Shown one piece after another: positions 22,304-32,049 of a stretch of DNA of 34,410 nt. The stretch's first letter is position 1, and every line of letters begins with the position of its first letter. The position numbers and the translations under genes were made by a program. The stretch is taken from contig NW_008246101.1 of the NCBI RefSeq assembly GCF_000281045.1, positions 208,207-242,616 of the forward strand. The letters are read 5' to 3'. The notes beneath the pieces were generated by a model, which saw only the letters and a program-made list of their open reading frames with translations, had not been told where the DNA came from and made no database searches. This DNA comes from Saprolegnia diclina VS20. Lineage: Eukaryota.

Positions 22304-22897
22304 ATGTCGGACTACGAATCGGACGAGTATGGCGGGATGGAGGCGACGACGACGATGGCTCATGCATGTATGTAGGGAGTTTGTCCTGCCGCCGGGCTTT
22401 GAGGTCGCGACGGGCGGCGCCATCACCAAGGCCGCCCTCGACGGCGACCGCGAGCTCTGGCTCTTCCGTGTGCCCAAGGACGTACGAGATGCTACCCGAG
22501 TCGACGCGATGGCTCACAATGACACTAGATGGATGCGTCGGCGCTGCATGGCCTCAACATGAAGCTGCCCAAGGAGAAGAACGGGTCGCTGCACGTGCCC
22601 GTGACGGTCAACGGTTCGACCAAGTCGTATGCGCTGAAGAGCCAGGACCTGAGCTTGTGCCAGCAGTTGGTCAACATCGTGCCCGACGCGATCAACAGCA
22701 AGACGTTTGTACCCGGGAAGCCGTTCGCGCGGAGCTTCTCTTTGGTTGAAACGATCGAGATTCCGACCAAGACGACGGTCGTGGCTACATCCGCCACCGA
22801 GCCGGCCAAGAAGAAGAAGAAGACGGCGACCGCGGAGCCCGTCGTCGTCGACGCCGAGCCCGTCAAGAAGAAGAAGTCGAAGAAGGTCGCTGCCTAG
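22304..22897 (+). CDS. RNA polymerase I subunit RPA34/A34.5-like protein, 3 exons
   Basis: Introns 22327-22375 and 22482-22528 give MSDYESDEEFVLPPGF...ELWLFRVPKDMDASALHGLNMKL. The PPGF and ELWLxxxP pattern plus a poly-Lys tail is typical of A34.5. Confidence 0.65.
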
Positions 22898-22970
22898 GGC
22901 CGTTCGTTTATCTAGCCGCTAACCCGTAGAATTATGATACTTTTGCATGTGTATATTTCAATTCCTTTGT

Positions 22971-23914
22971 CTAATTCGACTCGTCAAACTGCACGAGGTA
23001 CATGGTGTCCCAGAGCTTGCCCGTGATAAAGAACACGTCGTGCGCGTCATCGTAGGCAATGCCGTTGAGGACCGCGTCGCGGTGCGCGTTGGTGCACAGC
23101 GTCGAGAGATCATAGCTTGCGACGACGACGCCCGTAGCTGGATCGATCTTGAGAATCGCGTTCGAGTACCACACGTTGGCGTAGATGTGGCCGCGGGCGT
23201 ACTCGAGCTCGTTCAAATGGCGCACCTAGCGCATCATCATGACCATCAGGAGCCCCATGAAGTCGCATCAAGGCGACCATGGAGGATGCCTACCGGGTGG
23301 CCGTTGGCGGTGCGCACGACGACCTGCCGCGTCTCGATCAGCGTGTGGGCGTCCCAGAAATGCAGCACGTGGGAGCCATCCGAGACGACAAGAGAGCTGC
23401 TCTCCATGGCCGTGATGCCCCAGCCTTCGTTGCGCGTCGAGCCAAACGGCTTGGCCGCGACCACGCGAAAGTCCGTCTTGTCGAGGACGTACAGCATGCG
23501 CGACTGCCACGTGAGCGCAATGTACGTGTCATTGGCGCTGTTGAGCGCAATGCCTTCGCCAAACGCATCGGACGGGAACGGCGACGCGTGCAGCAGCACG
23601 TCGCCCGAGGTGGCATTCACGCGCCGCACCGACGACTTGTCGTAGAGACCCGTCGACTCGATGAGGATACCCGGTGACTCGACGAGCAAGCCCTGTGTGA
23701 ACGCGCTGGGATCGTGCGGGTACGAACCGAGGACGTGCACGCGACGATCGCTCGGCAGCTGGAACTGCGGCGACGGGACGCGAAAGCCATGGCTCGCCTC
23801 ATCGACCTGCGCCTGCCATAGACCAAGCAGCGCCATGAGCACGAGACCAGCGACAGCGTACGCCGGGCGCATGCGCCAGCGCGAAATGGTCGTTGCTTTG
23901 GCCTTCTTGCCCAT
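22971..23914 (-). CDS. Plant/bacterial-type glutaminyl cyclase (glutamine cyclotransferase, beta-propeller) with N-terminal signal anchor, 2 exons
   Basis: Motifs YPHDPSAFTQGL, ESTGLY, FGEGI, LTWQ, EGWG and SDGS. After intron 23226-23293: LNELEY, IYANVW, VLNGIAY and ITGKLW. Alternative start at 23953. Confidence 0.93.
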
Positions 23915-24215
23915 GGCGGCCGTGGAATTGGCAACGCCACGGGGTAGCGTCATGACACTATATCTCGACAAGATATGAAATGTAATAGTGTTATGGAGTG
24001 ACACAAGCTCGGCTTTACATGGCGGGCAGCAAGGGACGGCGAGGACTATCTTGCCTCTCATACGTGAAGCTATGGAGCATGGTTGCTTGGCGTACCAAAC
24101 GGCAAGGTGCAGCAACGAGGAAATGCGCTGGCGGCTCAGAGCGGGGACGGGGCGCGACAAACCGTAAAAGCTCGGTAGCTCCATCCGGATGATCCCGAAT
24201 TAGTGTGGGTGACAG

Positions 24216-24229
24216 TCATTTTCATTTTC
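24216..24229 (+). promoter_or_regulatory. Oomycete Inr+FPR core promoter element for the phosducin-like gene
   Basis: TCATTTTCATTTTC fits TCATTYBNNNWTTY, 12 nt upstream of the ATG at 24242. Confidence 0.6.
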
Positions 24230-24241
24230 GACACCAGCAAG

Positions 24242-25046
24242 ATGGACCGTGGCACAAAGACTTACGTCGGGACGGGCGAGACGACCGAGTGGGAGGACAT
24301 CCTCATCAAGCGTGGCATCATCGCCCCCAAGACGAAGGCGCCTGTTGAGGAAGAGGTTGAGAGCGAGGATGACGAGGACCCGCGCGAGAACGCCACGATG
24401 GACGAGCTCGATGAGATGGACGTACGACGCCCATGCGTCGCAGCAAGCACGGCTCATGTGATCGCTCTACGTAGGACGACTACGACGAGGACCAAGCCCT
24501 TGCGCGTATTCGGTACGACGCCGACTCGTTCCCACTCGCCTACATGTGTGCTTGTAGCGAAAAGCGCATTGCCGAGATGAAGGCGATGGCGGCCCGCAAC
24601 CTCTTTGGCGACGTGCAGCCCATCTCCAAGGACGAGTGGACGCGCGAAGTCACGGACGCGAGCAAGAACTGCTGGGTCGTCGCCTACCTCTTTGAGGCGA
24701 GCGTCGAGGGCTGCAAGCTCATGGACCAGCTGCTTCGCGCGGTCGCTGCCAAGCACCGTGACGTCAAGTTTGTGAGCATCCAGTCCCAAGTGTGCATTGA
24801 AAACTGGCCCGCGCGGTACGCGACTCGTCGCACTTGCTGATGGTCACCGGGCAAACTAGGAACCTCCCGACGCTCTTTTGCTACAAGGACGGCAACCTCG
24901 CGACGCAGATGCTGACGCTGAGCAAGCTCAAGGGCCTCGACACGCGCGTCGAAGGTACTTCTACTCGCTCTGCCAAGCTGCGTACTCATCAAGGTGCATT
25001 AGATCTCGAAGAGTTTTTGGCCGAAGCCGGTGTCTTTCGCTTCTAA
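24242..25046 (+). CDS. Phosducin-like protein (PhLP2/Plp2 class), 5 exons
   Basis: Introns 24422-24474, 24513-24557, 24816-24859 and 24955-25002. Motifs TEWEDILIKRGIIAPK, EVTDAS, VKFVSI and CIENWPARNLPTLFCY. Confidence 0.92.
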
Positions 25047-25709
25047 TCCTCGAGCACCTTGGGCACTTGGAAGTAGTAGCCGTGCTTGACGGACGCGTTG
25101 GCGAGTACGTCGTCCGGGCAGTTGCCTTCGAGAGCCGCGTCGGGCCGGAGCGGCGCCGACTCTATAGACATAAGAAACATAAGAAAACAGGACGCGTCGC
25201 TTGCCCAGTACGGTTGCTCAAGGCCTCGCTGCGGGTGTAAAAGTCGTCAATGCTGTCGTCGAGCGTGATCTCCTACAAGCGCCAAGCCATGACACGACGC
25301 TCACGAGAATGCATTGCGAGTAGTACTTGGATCGTCTTGGTGCATTGGATGATGTCTTCGACTTCCTTGAGGAGCGTCGGCAACTTGTCGTCCGGAATGT
25401 GCAAGTGGCACAGCTCGGCCAGGTTGAGCAGCTACGTACATGACGAGGTAGATGCATGAAACCTGCGCCATGAACGGTATAGGTGCCATTGCATACCGAG
25501 GCAGACGTCAAGACGTCGGCGTCATGGCGCTGCAACTCGTGGATGGACCACGACGCGTTTCGCGGCGCCTACGTGGCATGCGAATCATCCCACGCTGCGT
25601 CGCTTGATCCGATGGCGCGGGGAGCGTCTACCTGCGTAATGTCCACAAGCGTTCTCGTCGTGCTCATGGCGCGGACGCTCGTCGCCCGTCGCAGTCCTCG
25701 GGCCAGCAT
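25043..25709 (-). CDS. gatC: Mitochondrial Glu-tRNA(Gln) amidotransferase subunit C, 5 exons
   Basis: Spliced product: presequence-like MLARGLRRATSVRAMS, then LLNLAELCHLHI and APLRPDAALEGNCPDDVLANASVKHGYYFQVPKVLED*. The C-terminus is the GatC signature. Confidence 0.85.
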
Positions 25710-25791
25710 GCTTGGTGGCAAATTTATGCTCGTCTTTTTAGCCAATGGCATCGCGCGAAACTTCAATTGGCGTCGGGAAAGGACGGCGAGC

Positions 25792-26119
25792 ATGGTCAAG
25801 ATCTACAAGATGCTCGTGCACTGGGGCTTCCTCTTCACAGTCCCGACCGTCATCGCCATGACCGTCTTCAAGCCGCTCGACGAAGACGCGCAGCGCGAGA
25901 TGCTCGTACGTCGCGTCGTCTTCGCCTCGTTCTACCATGCTCATGCGGCCGTAGGAGAAGAAGTACAAGTCGGACGTCGACCGGGCCAAGAAGAACCGCG
26001 CCATGTTCAAGGAGTTGCTTCTGCCGTCGAGCGACGCCTCAGAAGGCAAGAAGATGAGCGACGAAGTCACCGACATTTGGATGAAGGGCGACCCGAAGAT
26101 CCGGCCCCCGGGCGTTTAA
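25792..26119 (+). CDS. Small single-pass membrane protein, about 92 aa (Cbp4/UQCC-like architecture, unconfirmed), 2 exons
   Basis: Intron 25906-25954 gives MVKIYKMLVHWGFLFTVPTVIAMTVFKPLDEDAQREMLEKKYKSDVDRAKKNRAMFKELL...PPGV*. Confidence 0.65.
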
Positions 26120-26161
26120 ATAGCGTGATTTCCTACAACTAGCTTCGACTCGACGCTTCGA

Positions 26162-27443
26162 CTACATGGCGACGTAGTCGCCTTCGCTCTCGTCACTGTC
26201 GGCGGGTATCGAGCGCACGTACGCGCCACTCGCATCGCTGTCGTGGCTGCGCATCCAGACGCAGACGCCGAGAAGCAGCACGAGGATGAGGCCGCCGGCA
26301 ACGATCGCTGCTATCGACCCGCTGGACAAAAAAGCCTCTGGTCTTGTTGCACTAGATGCCATCGGTGTGGGTGAGGCGGCTGCTCGGTCGTCGGCGTGTT
26401 CGGGTCGCAGGCTGCTGGATGGATCTAGGAGGACGTGTCAGCGCCCGTGTGATCGACCATGGAGGTACGTGGCACAACAATCACGTGGTCGACCCTATCG
26501 GACCCCGGTCTTCGCACCTCTACTCCACGCCTTTAGATACTAGCGCGGCGTCGGCAAGGTACCAGAGGCCGAGTTGCTGCTGCTATGACTGCCATGGTGG
26601 CTGGCAGATGCCGGGTCGCGTCCGTCGGACGATGAGCCCGAGACGTCTACGGGTGGTGCTGCTTGCATGCGGTCTCCAAGCCGTTGGAGACGTACGAGGT
26701 GGGCTCTCTGCAGTGTCTTCTACTGGGCGTGGAGTGGACGGGGATATTTGTGGGCTTGGTGCTATAACCAACATCGCTACCCGTTGGAGTGACTGTGCAC
26801 TCGCTTGGCACCTACCGCTGGTCGACGCTGCGCTCGGTACTTTTGTTGACGGAGCTAATCAGAGATGAGAAGATTCCCACAAACACAGAGTGCGTACACG
26901 GCGTCTGCATGACCGGAGTAGCAGGTCGGGCGACGCCTACACAAGCACGCATCGCGCTGAGCAAGTGCCTCTCCACAGCGCATTGCGCGTACCATCTTCG
27001 TTGGGATGCGTCGCGGTGCTGGCCGGTGTCGCTCCTGCGGACGACGTGCGGCTGGCTTGTGTGGCGGGTGCAGCTACGATGTAGCACCATGCGTTTGAGC
27101 GTCCTCATGGTCCTGAGCTGCATACCAGTACTGGGCGGCGTCGCAGGTTCTAGCCCGGCATCCGCAGTTTCTATGCGAGATCGAGGTGTCTGTTGCTATA
27201 GGCGACGAGCGTACCCATCTCGAGGGTCGACCAGCGGGGCATGAACGACGCTTTTCTTCGCAGCGGCGCGGCTGTGCTCGGCATGAACTGATGCACGCGG
27301 CAGCGCGAGCAGTCTTGGCGACGTTCGTAGTGTACAGTCGGACATGTGCCAGGGCAGTGCGCCTTGGGCATGAAGCCGACGAGGCGCCGCTCGTGCGCCA
27401 CCGCGCTGCAGAGGAGGAGCGCGCCAAGGAGAAGCCGCAGCAT
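26162..27443 (-). CDS. FMP-motif type I membrane protein B with micro-exon-encoded stalk, about 307 aa, 9 exons
   Basis: Exons 27443-27215, 27170-27126, 27073-26993, 26936-26898, 26854-26816, 26776-26696, 26658-26563, 26519-26469 and 26424-26162. All eight introns are GT-AG, 37-56 nt, phase 1. Contains a signal peptide, 3x FMP, an S/T/P stalk, TM GSIAAIVAGGLILVLLLGVCVW and tail DYVAM. Confidence 0.8.
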
Positions 27444-27706
27444 TTGGTCGACGAAATCAATGTCTGTCGTGCACGCAGTGCATGATAGTATCCTTCTATC
27501 GTACCCTGCGTCCTTGCGGTTTCGGGGAAATGCAAGCTGAGGACGGGCCCATGGTTGAAGAAGAGGAGCGTCCTCCTCTGTGCATCTTACGACGGGATGG
27601 CACAGGTCCCACTCAACTGGGTCCCACTCGCTGCTTAATCCAACGAGAACGTGATGACACCACCCACTGTATGCATAGCGATTAATACACGGAGGATGCT
27701 GAAGCG

Positions 27707-28150
27707 CTAGAGAAGAGACCGGGTTGAGCTCGTCGCGAGAAGCTGGCGCAGCTCCGCGTGGTCAAAGACAGGGTGTCGTAACTTCCAGAGGACGAGGCCG
27801 ACGACACCAATGCTAGCAATCGTCGCCATCGATCGCAGCGAGAGTGCGGGCACTTGGTCGACGGTGCCGACGGTCGCGTGCTGTGCGTCGTCGTCGGCCG
27901 TCGCGCTTTCCTCGTCGGCGACGAAGGGTGTGTCATGGTAGTACGCCCAGACTTTTGTGCGACGGCGCTGGTTGTGGCTTGCGTCATGGCAGTCGTCGAC
28001 GGGTACAACCTGCAGTGACCGACCGGCGTCATACAACCCAGCAAGCGCGGCGAGAGGAGCGTGATCTGCGACCAGCGTGCCCGTGCTCTCTGTCCGCACC
28101 AGAGATAGAGCTGTGCACGCTACCAGCATGCTTGACGCCACCGAGCGCAT
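27707..28150 (-). CDS. Small predicted type I membrane protein of unknown function
   Basis: 147-aa ORF with signal-like N-terminus and a C-proximal hydrophobic helix (MATIASIGVVGLVLW) followed by basic residues. Confidence 0.55.
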   Translation of the reverse strand: MRSVASSMLVACTALSLVRTESTGTLVADHAPLAALAGLYDAGRSLQVVPVDDCHDASHNQRRRTKVWAYYHDTPFVADEESATADDDAQHATVGTVDQVPALSLRSMATIASIGVVGLVLWKLRHPVFDHAELRQLLATSSTRSLL

Positions 28151-28316
28151 GGATATGCACCTCGTCTGAATAAGAACCTAGGAACCTGTGGGAAGATCCA
28201 CGACCTTTCGGGCGTCGGTTATAGAAAGGCTGTACGAGGTGCACGACGCTCCTCGCGCAGGAAGATAGGCCACCGACGTGCGTGGAACCAGCACATAGAT
28301 TCAAGTTGATACTAGA

Positions 28317-28738
28317 CTAGAGCAAAATACTGCTCGTCTCGGTTTGGAGCTCACCGTACTCCAAGGCGGCAAGTTTTCGCTTCTCGTCCTCGAGGAGCGC
28401 TTGCAGCCGGAGCTTCTTGCGCTGGCGTGCTTCGAGCTGCCGAAGCGCCTTCTCCTGCTCGTCGCGCTCTCTCGACTCGAGGATCCAGTCGTACTTGGAG
28501 CGCGTGAGGCCGAGGAACGTAGCGATGACTTCACCGCCAAACTCCATGCCTTCGTAAACCTTCTTGCCCGACCAGTACGTCCAGTGCCACGCCTTGGTCG
28601 TCAGGCGCGCGTCCTCGGACGAATCCCAGTAGTAGAGCTAGCATGCGGCGTGAGCAACTCCCAGTTGGTGAGCCCACGCACCTCGCTGTCGTCTTCTTTG
28701 CACTCGTCGTCGCTCGGCGGTGCCATTAGAAAGCTCAT
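28317..28738 (-). CDS. FAM177-like protein, 2 exons
   Basis: Intron 28638-28681 gives ...AWHWTYWSGKKVYEGMEFGGEVIATFLGLTRSKYDWILE followed by a charged helix. Resembles the FAM177 GExxAxFxGxTxxKY motif. Confidence 0.7.
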
Positions 28739-29216
28739 CGTCCCAAACCGCTCTGGCAAGAGACACGGGGTTCGGGCGATCTTGAAAGGTCGTGGCGGTT
28801 TAGCCAAGCGCACACAGCAAACACCTTGGCGATCGTGCACCCGTGCATATTGACGTTGCCAAGACCGATGCCATCCCTGCGTCCTGCAGCAAGACGATGC
28901 GCGGGCCTTGTGCTGTCGACAGCACCCTTCTCGGTGCATTCCAGAGCCATTGCTTCTACTCGCTCTGGCGTCTACGCACGAGCCGTCATGCTGCAGAACC
29001 CAACGATCTCTCTCTTCTCTCTGTCGCTGCGCAGCTACGAGCCATGATTGTTGTTGCTTGGCCACGACGCTTCACCATCGGTTGCCGGCTTGTGGAAAAA
29101 TTGAAGGGACCGGCGCGGCGCAAGTTCGGTTGACGTTGACGGAATCGAAGCGCACTTAATCGAGACGCCGCATTTACAGGCGCTCCGCATTTGCTCGTCG
29201 CTGGCCGGACGCAATT

Positions 29217-30073
29217 ATGGTCTCGATCCAGTTCACGTCGGACGTCGGGCTCGGCAAGGTGGCGGTCGCCGCCTTTGGCATCGGCTTCGTCATGGCCGTG
29301 CACCTCTGCCTCCTCTTCTACGTCGTCTTGGCGACGGACGCGGGCTGGACGTACCACAATGCGACGTTGCAGTGGGCGGTGTACATGGTCTGCCTCACGT
29401 TTTTCCACTTTTCCGAGTTTATCTCGACGGCCGCGTTCAAGCCCGGCTTTGTGAGCTACGAGTGTACGTGCCTCCGCTACGTTCTTATAGCGTGGTCTCA
29501 TGGCGGTCTTGTCTAGCTTTCCTCCTCAACCACAGCGACGCGTACCAAGCCGCGCTCTTTACGAGCTGGGTCGAGTACTGGCTCGAGGCCTACTTCTTCC
29601 CGGACGCCAAGTTTCGCTCGCTCTTCATGTGGCTCGGCCTCTTCCTCATCGTCATGGGCCAATTCTTCCGCGTCGGCGCCATGTGGACAGCGAAGAGCAA
29701 CTTTTCCCATCGCATTGAGGTCGCCAAGCGCAAGGACCACGAGCTCATCACGCACGGTCTCTACGCGTACGCTCGTATGTGCCGACACGCGAGACTGATG
29801 CGGCCGTAGGTACATTCGCCACCCGTCGTACTTTGGCTGGTTCTACTGGTCGATCGGCAGCCAAGTCTTTCTCTGCAACCCGCTCTGCACCGTCGCGTAC
29901 ACGGTCGCGTCCTGGAGCTTCTTCAAGGACCGCATTCCGTCCGTCTAGTCGGCCTCTTGTCACGAAACTGATCGATCGGACGTAGGTACGAGGAAGAGAT
30001 CCTCCTCGACTTCTTTCCCGAGCAGTACCCGGCGTACAAGGCGCGTACGGTCAGCGGCGTTCCCTTTGTGTAA
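29217..30073 (+). CDS. ICMT: Protein-S-isoprenylcysteine O-methyltransferase (Ste14), 4 exons
   Basis: Introns 29464-29516, 29767-29809 and 29939-29985. Motifs FHFSEF, FLLNHS, NFSH, HELITHGLYAYIRHPSYFGWFYWS, RIPYEE and SGVPFV*. Confidence 0.95.
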
Positions 30074-30521
30074 GCTCGCGCAAGAAGGTGGCGTCGTCGG
30101 ACGTCAAGTCTCGCACCGGCGTCCTGCCGATTCTGGCTGTGGAGTCGTGCACAGTAGTCACCCACCGTCGCCACTTTTTTCTTCCACTAACGTTAGCAAC
30201 AATCCAGTACTTCGTCGCGTCAGGACTTGTATCTATAAAGGTGGGCCACTGCAGTCTCGGTCCTTGCAGCCTTCTCCGTGGTACCGTCCTTTCTACGACC
30301 TCTAGCCGGCACCGTAACCTCGGCAGGGACGATCGACCTTGGTCAACTAGCACGCAGGTCGTTTGGTGGGACTGGGCTGCCCAGTGCTGGCTGGTCGTCT
30401 CAGAATCTGGTCGGCTGGGCCGCTCAGAGCTACTTTGTTGGCTGGTGCGCTCTCTGGACAGGCGCGGTGGTTTCGGCGCCGCCTTGCTGGCGGAAAGGTC
30501 GCGAAACGGCTGCGCGGCATG

Positions 30522-30562
30522 TGATTGGCTGCCAAAGTTTTTCGCCGCGTTTGATTGGCTGC
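30522..30562 (-). promoter_or_regulatory. Tandem CCAAT boxes upstream of FMP protein C
   Basis: TGATTGGCTGC occurs twice, 30 nt apart (30522 and 30552), about 80-120 nt before the ATG at 30641. Confidence 0.5.
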
Positions 30563-30640
30563 TAAAGTTTCAGGCAACGAAACCGGCGGCCGCGCGCGCT
30601 CGGCGCGAGTTTGCACTTTCGAACTTTACTCTGGTCGAGC

Positions 30641-31840
30641 ATGCGCTGGAGCTACGTCAGCGCGATCGCCGCGCTTCTCTTCGTCCACGTGGTCGACCCG
30701 ATCGCGGCCAAGGGCTCGGGTGTCGCGCACTTTGCGAGTGCCGCCAGCTTGCAGCAGTATGCGTCCATTGGCGGTCACATGCGCCTGACGATCCAAGAAG
30801 ACGACGACAGCGAGGTCGGGGACCAAGACCACGATGGACACGTCATCAAGGAAGCTGGTGAGAGCGAAGAGGACAAGAAGAAGCGCAAGCTCAAGCGATG
30901 CAGCGGGTTCATGCCGGCGGCGCATTGCCCGCGCATCTGCAAGTCGTCGCGCACCGAGGACGGCTGCGAAGACTGCTCGACGTGCAACAATCACAAGTTT
31001 ATGCCTCAAACGCAATGCCTCCGCACCAACACGTGCACCAAGTACCGCTTCATGCCCATCGCCAAGTGCGCGGCCGACAAGAAGAACGATGGCTACAAGA
31101 CGCTTGCGCCGAGTGGCTACCCGACGCCGGCCCCGAGCACGTACCCGACCCCCGAACCGTCGCACCCGTCATCTGCGCCAACGACGAAGGCACCGACGCC
31201 GGCACCGACGCCGGCGCCGTCGCATCCGTCAGTTGTCCCCGCGACGCCCGCCCCGTCCAAGCCAAGCGCCAACGGTGGCACCGGTACGAACGGCGGCACC
31301 AACGGCGGCACTAACGCTGGCACTGCAGGCAACAACGGTGGCAACAACAACAACGGCGGCACCAACGGTGGCACCGGTACGAACGGCGGAGCCCACGGTG
31401 GCACTAACGGCGGCACTGCAGGCAACAACGGTGGTAACAACAACGGCGGCACCAACGGCGGCACCGGTACGAACGGTGGAGCCCTCGGTGGCACTAACGG
31501 CGGCGCTGCAGGGACCAACAACGGTGGCAACAACAACAACGGCGGCAAGAACGGCGGTACGACAGGAACCAACGGCAAGGACGGCACGACAGGTACCAAC
31601 ACGAACGGCGCCAACAACAACAATGGTGGTACCGGCACGGCCAACAACTCGTCGGGCTCGTCATCGTCGAGCATCTCGGGCGGAGCGATTGCAGGCATTG
31701 TGATTGGCTGCGCAGCCTGCGCCGGTGCTGTCGGGTTCTTCATCTGGAAGAAGAAGAAGGACCAGAGCCGCGAACAAGAAATCTTTGGTGACGCGCACCA
31801 GGACGCCGAGAGCGGCGGCGGCGACTACGCGGCCATGTAA
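30641..31840 (+). CDS. FMP-motif type I membrane protein C (signal, acidic pro-like region, 3x FMP with Cys loops, P/T linker, Gly/Asn/Thr repeats, TM), intronless
   Basis: Signal MRWSYVSAIAALLFVHVV; KRCSGFMPAAHCPRIC...DCSTCNNHKFMP...CTKYRFMP; TM ISGGAIAGIVIGCAACAGAVGFFIW followed by KKKK; ends DYAAM. Confidence 0.88.
   Translation: MRWSYVSAIAALLFVHVVDPIAAKGSGVAHFASAASLQQYASIGGHMRLTIQEDDDSEVGDQDHDGHVIKEAGESEEDKKKRKLKRCSGFMPAAHCPRICKSSRTEDGCEDCSTCNNHKFMPQTQCLRTNTCTKYRFMPIAKCAADKKNDGYKTLAPSGYPTPAPSTYPTPEPSHPSSAPTTKAPTPAPTPAPSHPSVVPATPAPSKPSANGGTGTNGGTNGGTNAGTAGNNGGNNNNGGTNGGTGTNGGAHGGTNGGTAGNNGGNNNGGTNGGTGTNGGALGGTNGGAAGTNNGGNNNNGGKNGGTTGTNGKDGTTGTNTNGANNNNGGTGTANNSSGSSSSSISGGAIAGIVIGCAACAGAVGFFIWKKKKDQSREQEIFGDAHQDAESGGGDYAAM
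31271..31635 (+). repeat. Coding tandem repeat (about 90-93 nt unit, 3 copies plus a degenerate copy) encoding G/N/T-rich sequence
   Basis: AACGG(T/C)GGCACCGGTACGAACGG starts at 31271, 31364 and 31454. Internal (AAC)n runs vary in length. Confidence 0.85.
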
Positions 31841-32049
31841 TCTCTTGCGAGATACCCGCACCAACCACCGTAACACACAAAACAACCCAGTCTTTGATGT
31901 TCAGCGTGGATGCACCGCGCGTTAAGGTGGAGCTCCCTAGTTTAGCCAAGGTTCATATTCGAGGAATCCAGTCGCCGATGTTGACTGGCCCATCGAGGTT
32001 AGGGTCTATACATGTTGTGTCTCGATCAAAATCGTGTGGACGCTATTAT

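Noticed and set aside
1410..30073. Peptide-signal gene cluster (M13 peptidase, sulfotransferase, glutaminyl cyclase, ICMT and FMP precursors)
   Set aside because: The genes are interspersed with unrelated housekeeping genes. The M13 enzyme looks cytosolic, the sulfotransferase looks inactive and the FMP proteins lack CAAX ends. Proximity alone is not evidence.
31271..31635. Regular repeats resembling a CRISPR array
   Set aside because: These are in-frame coding repeats with no unique spacers, in a eukaryotic gene with no cas genes nearby.
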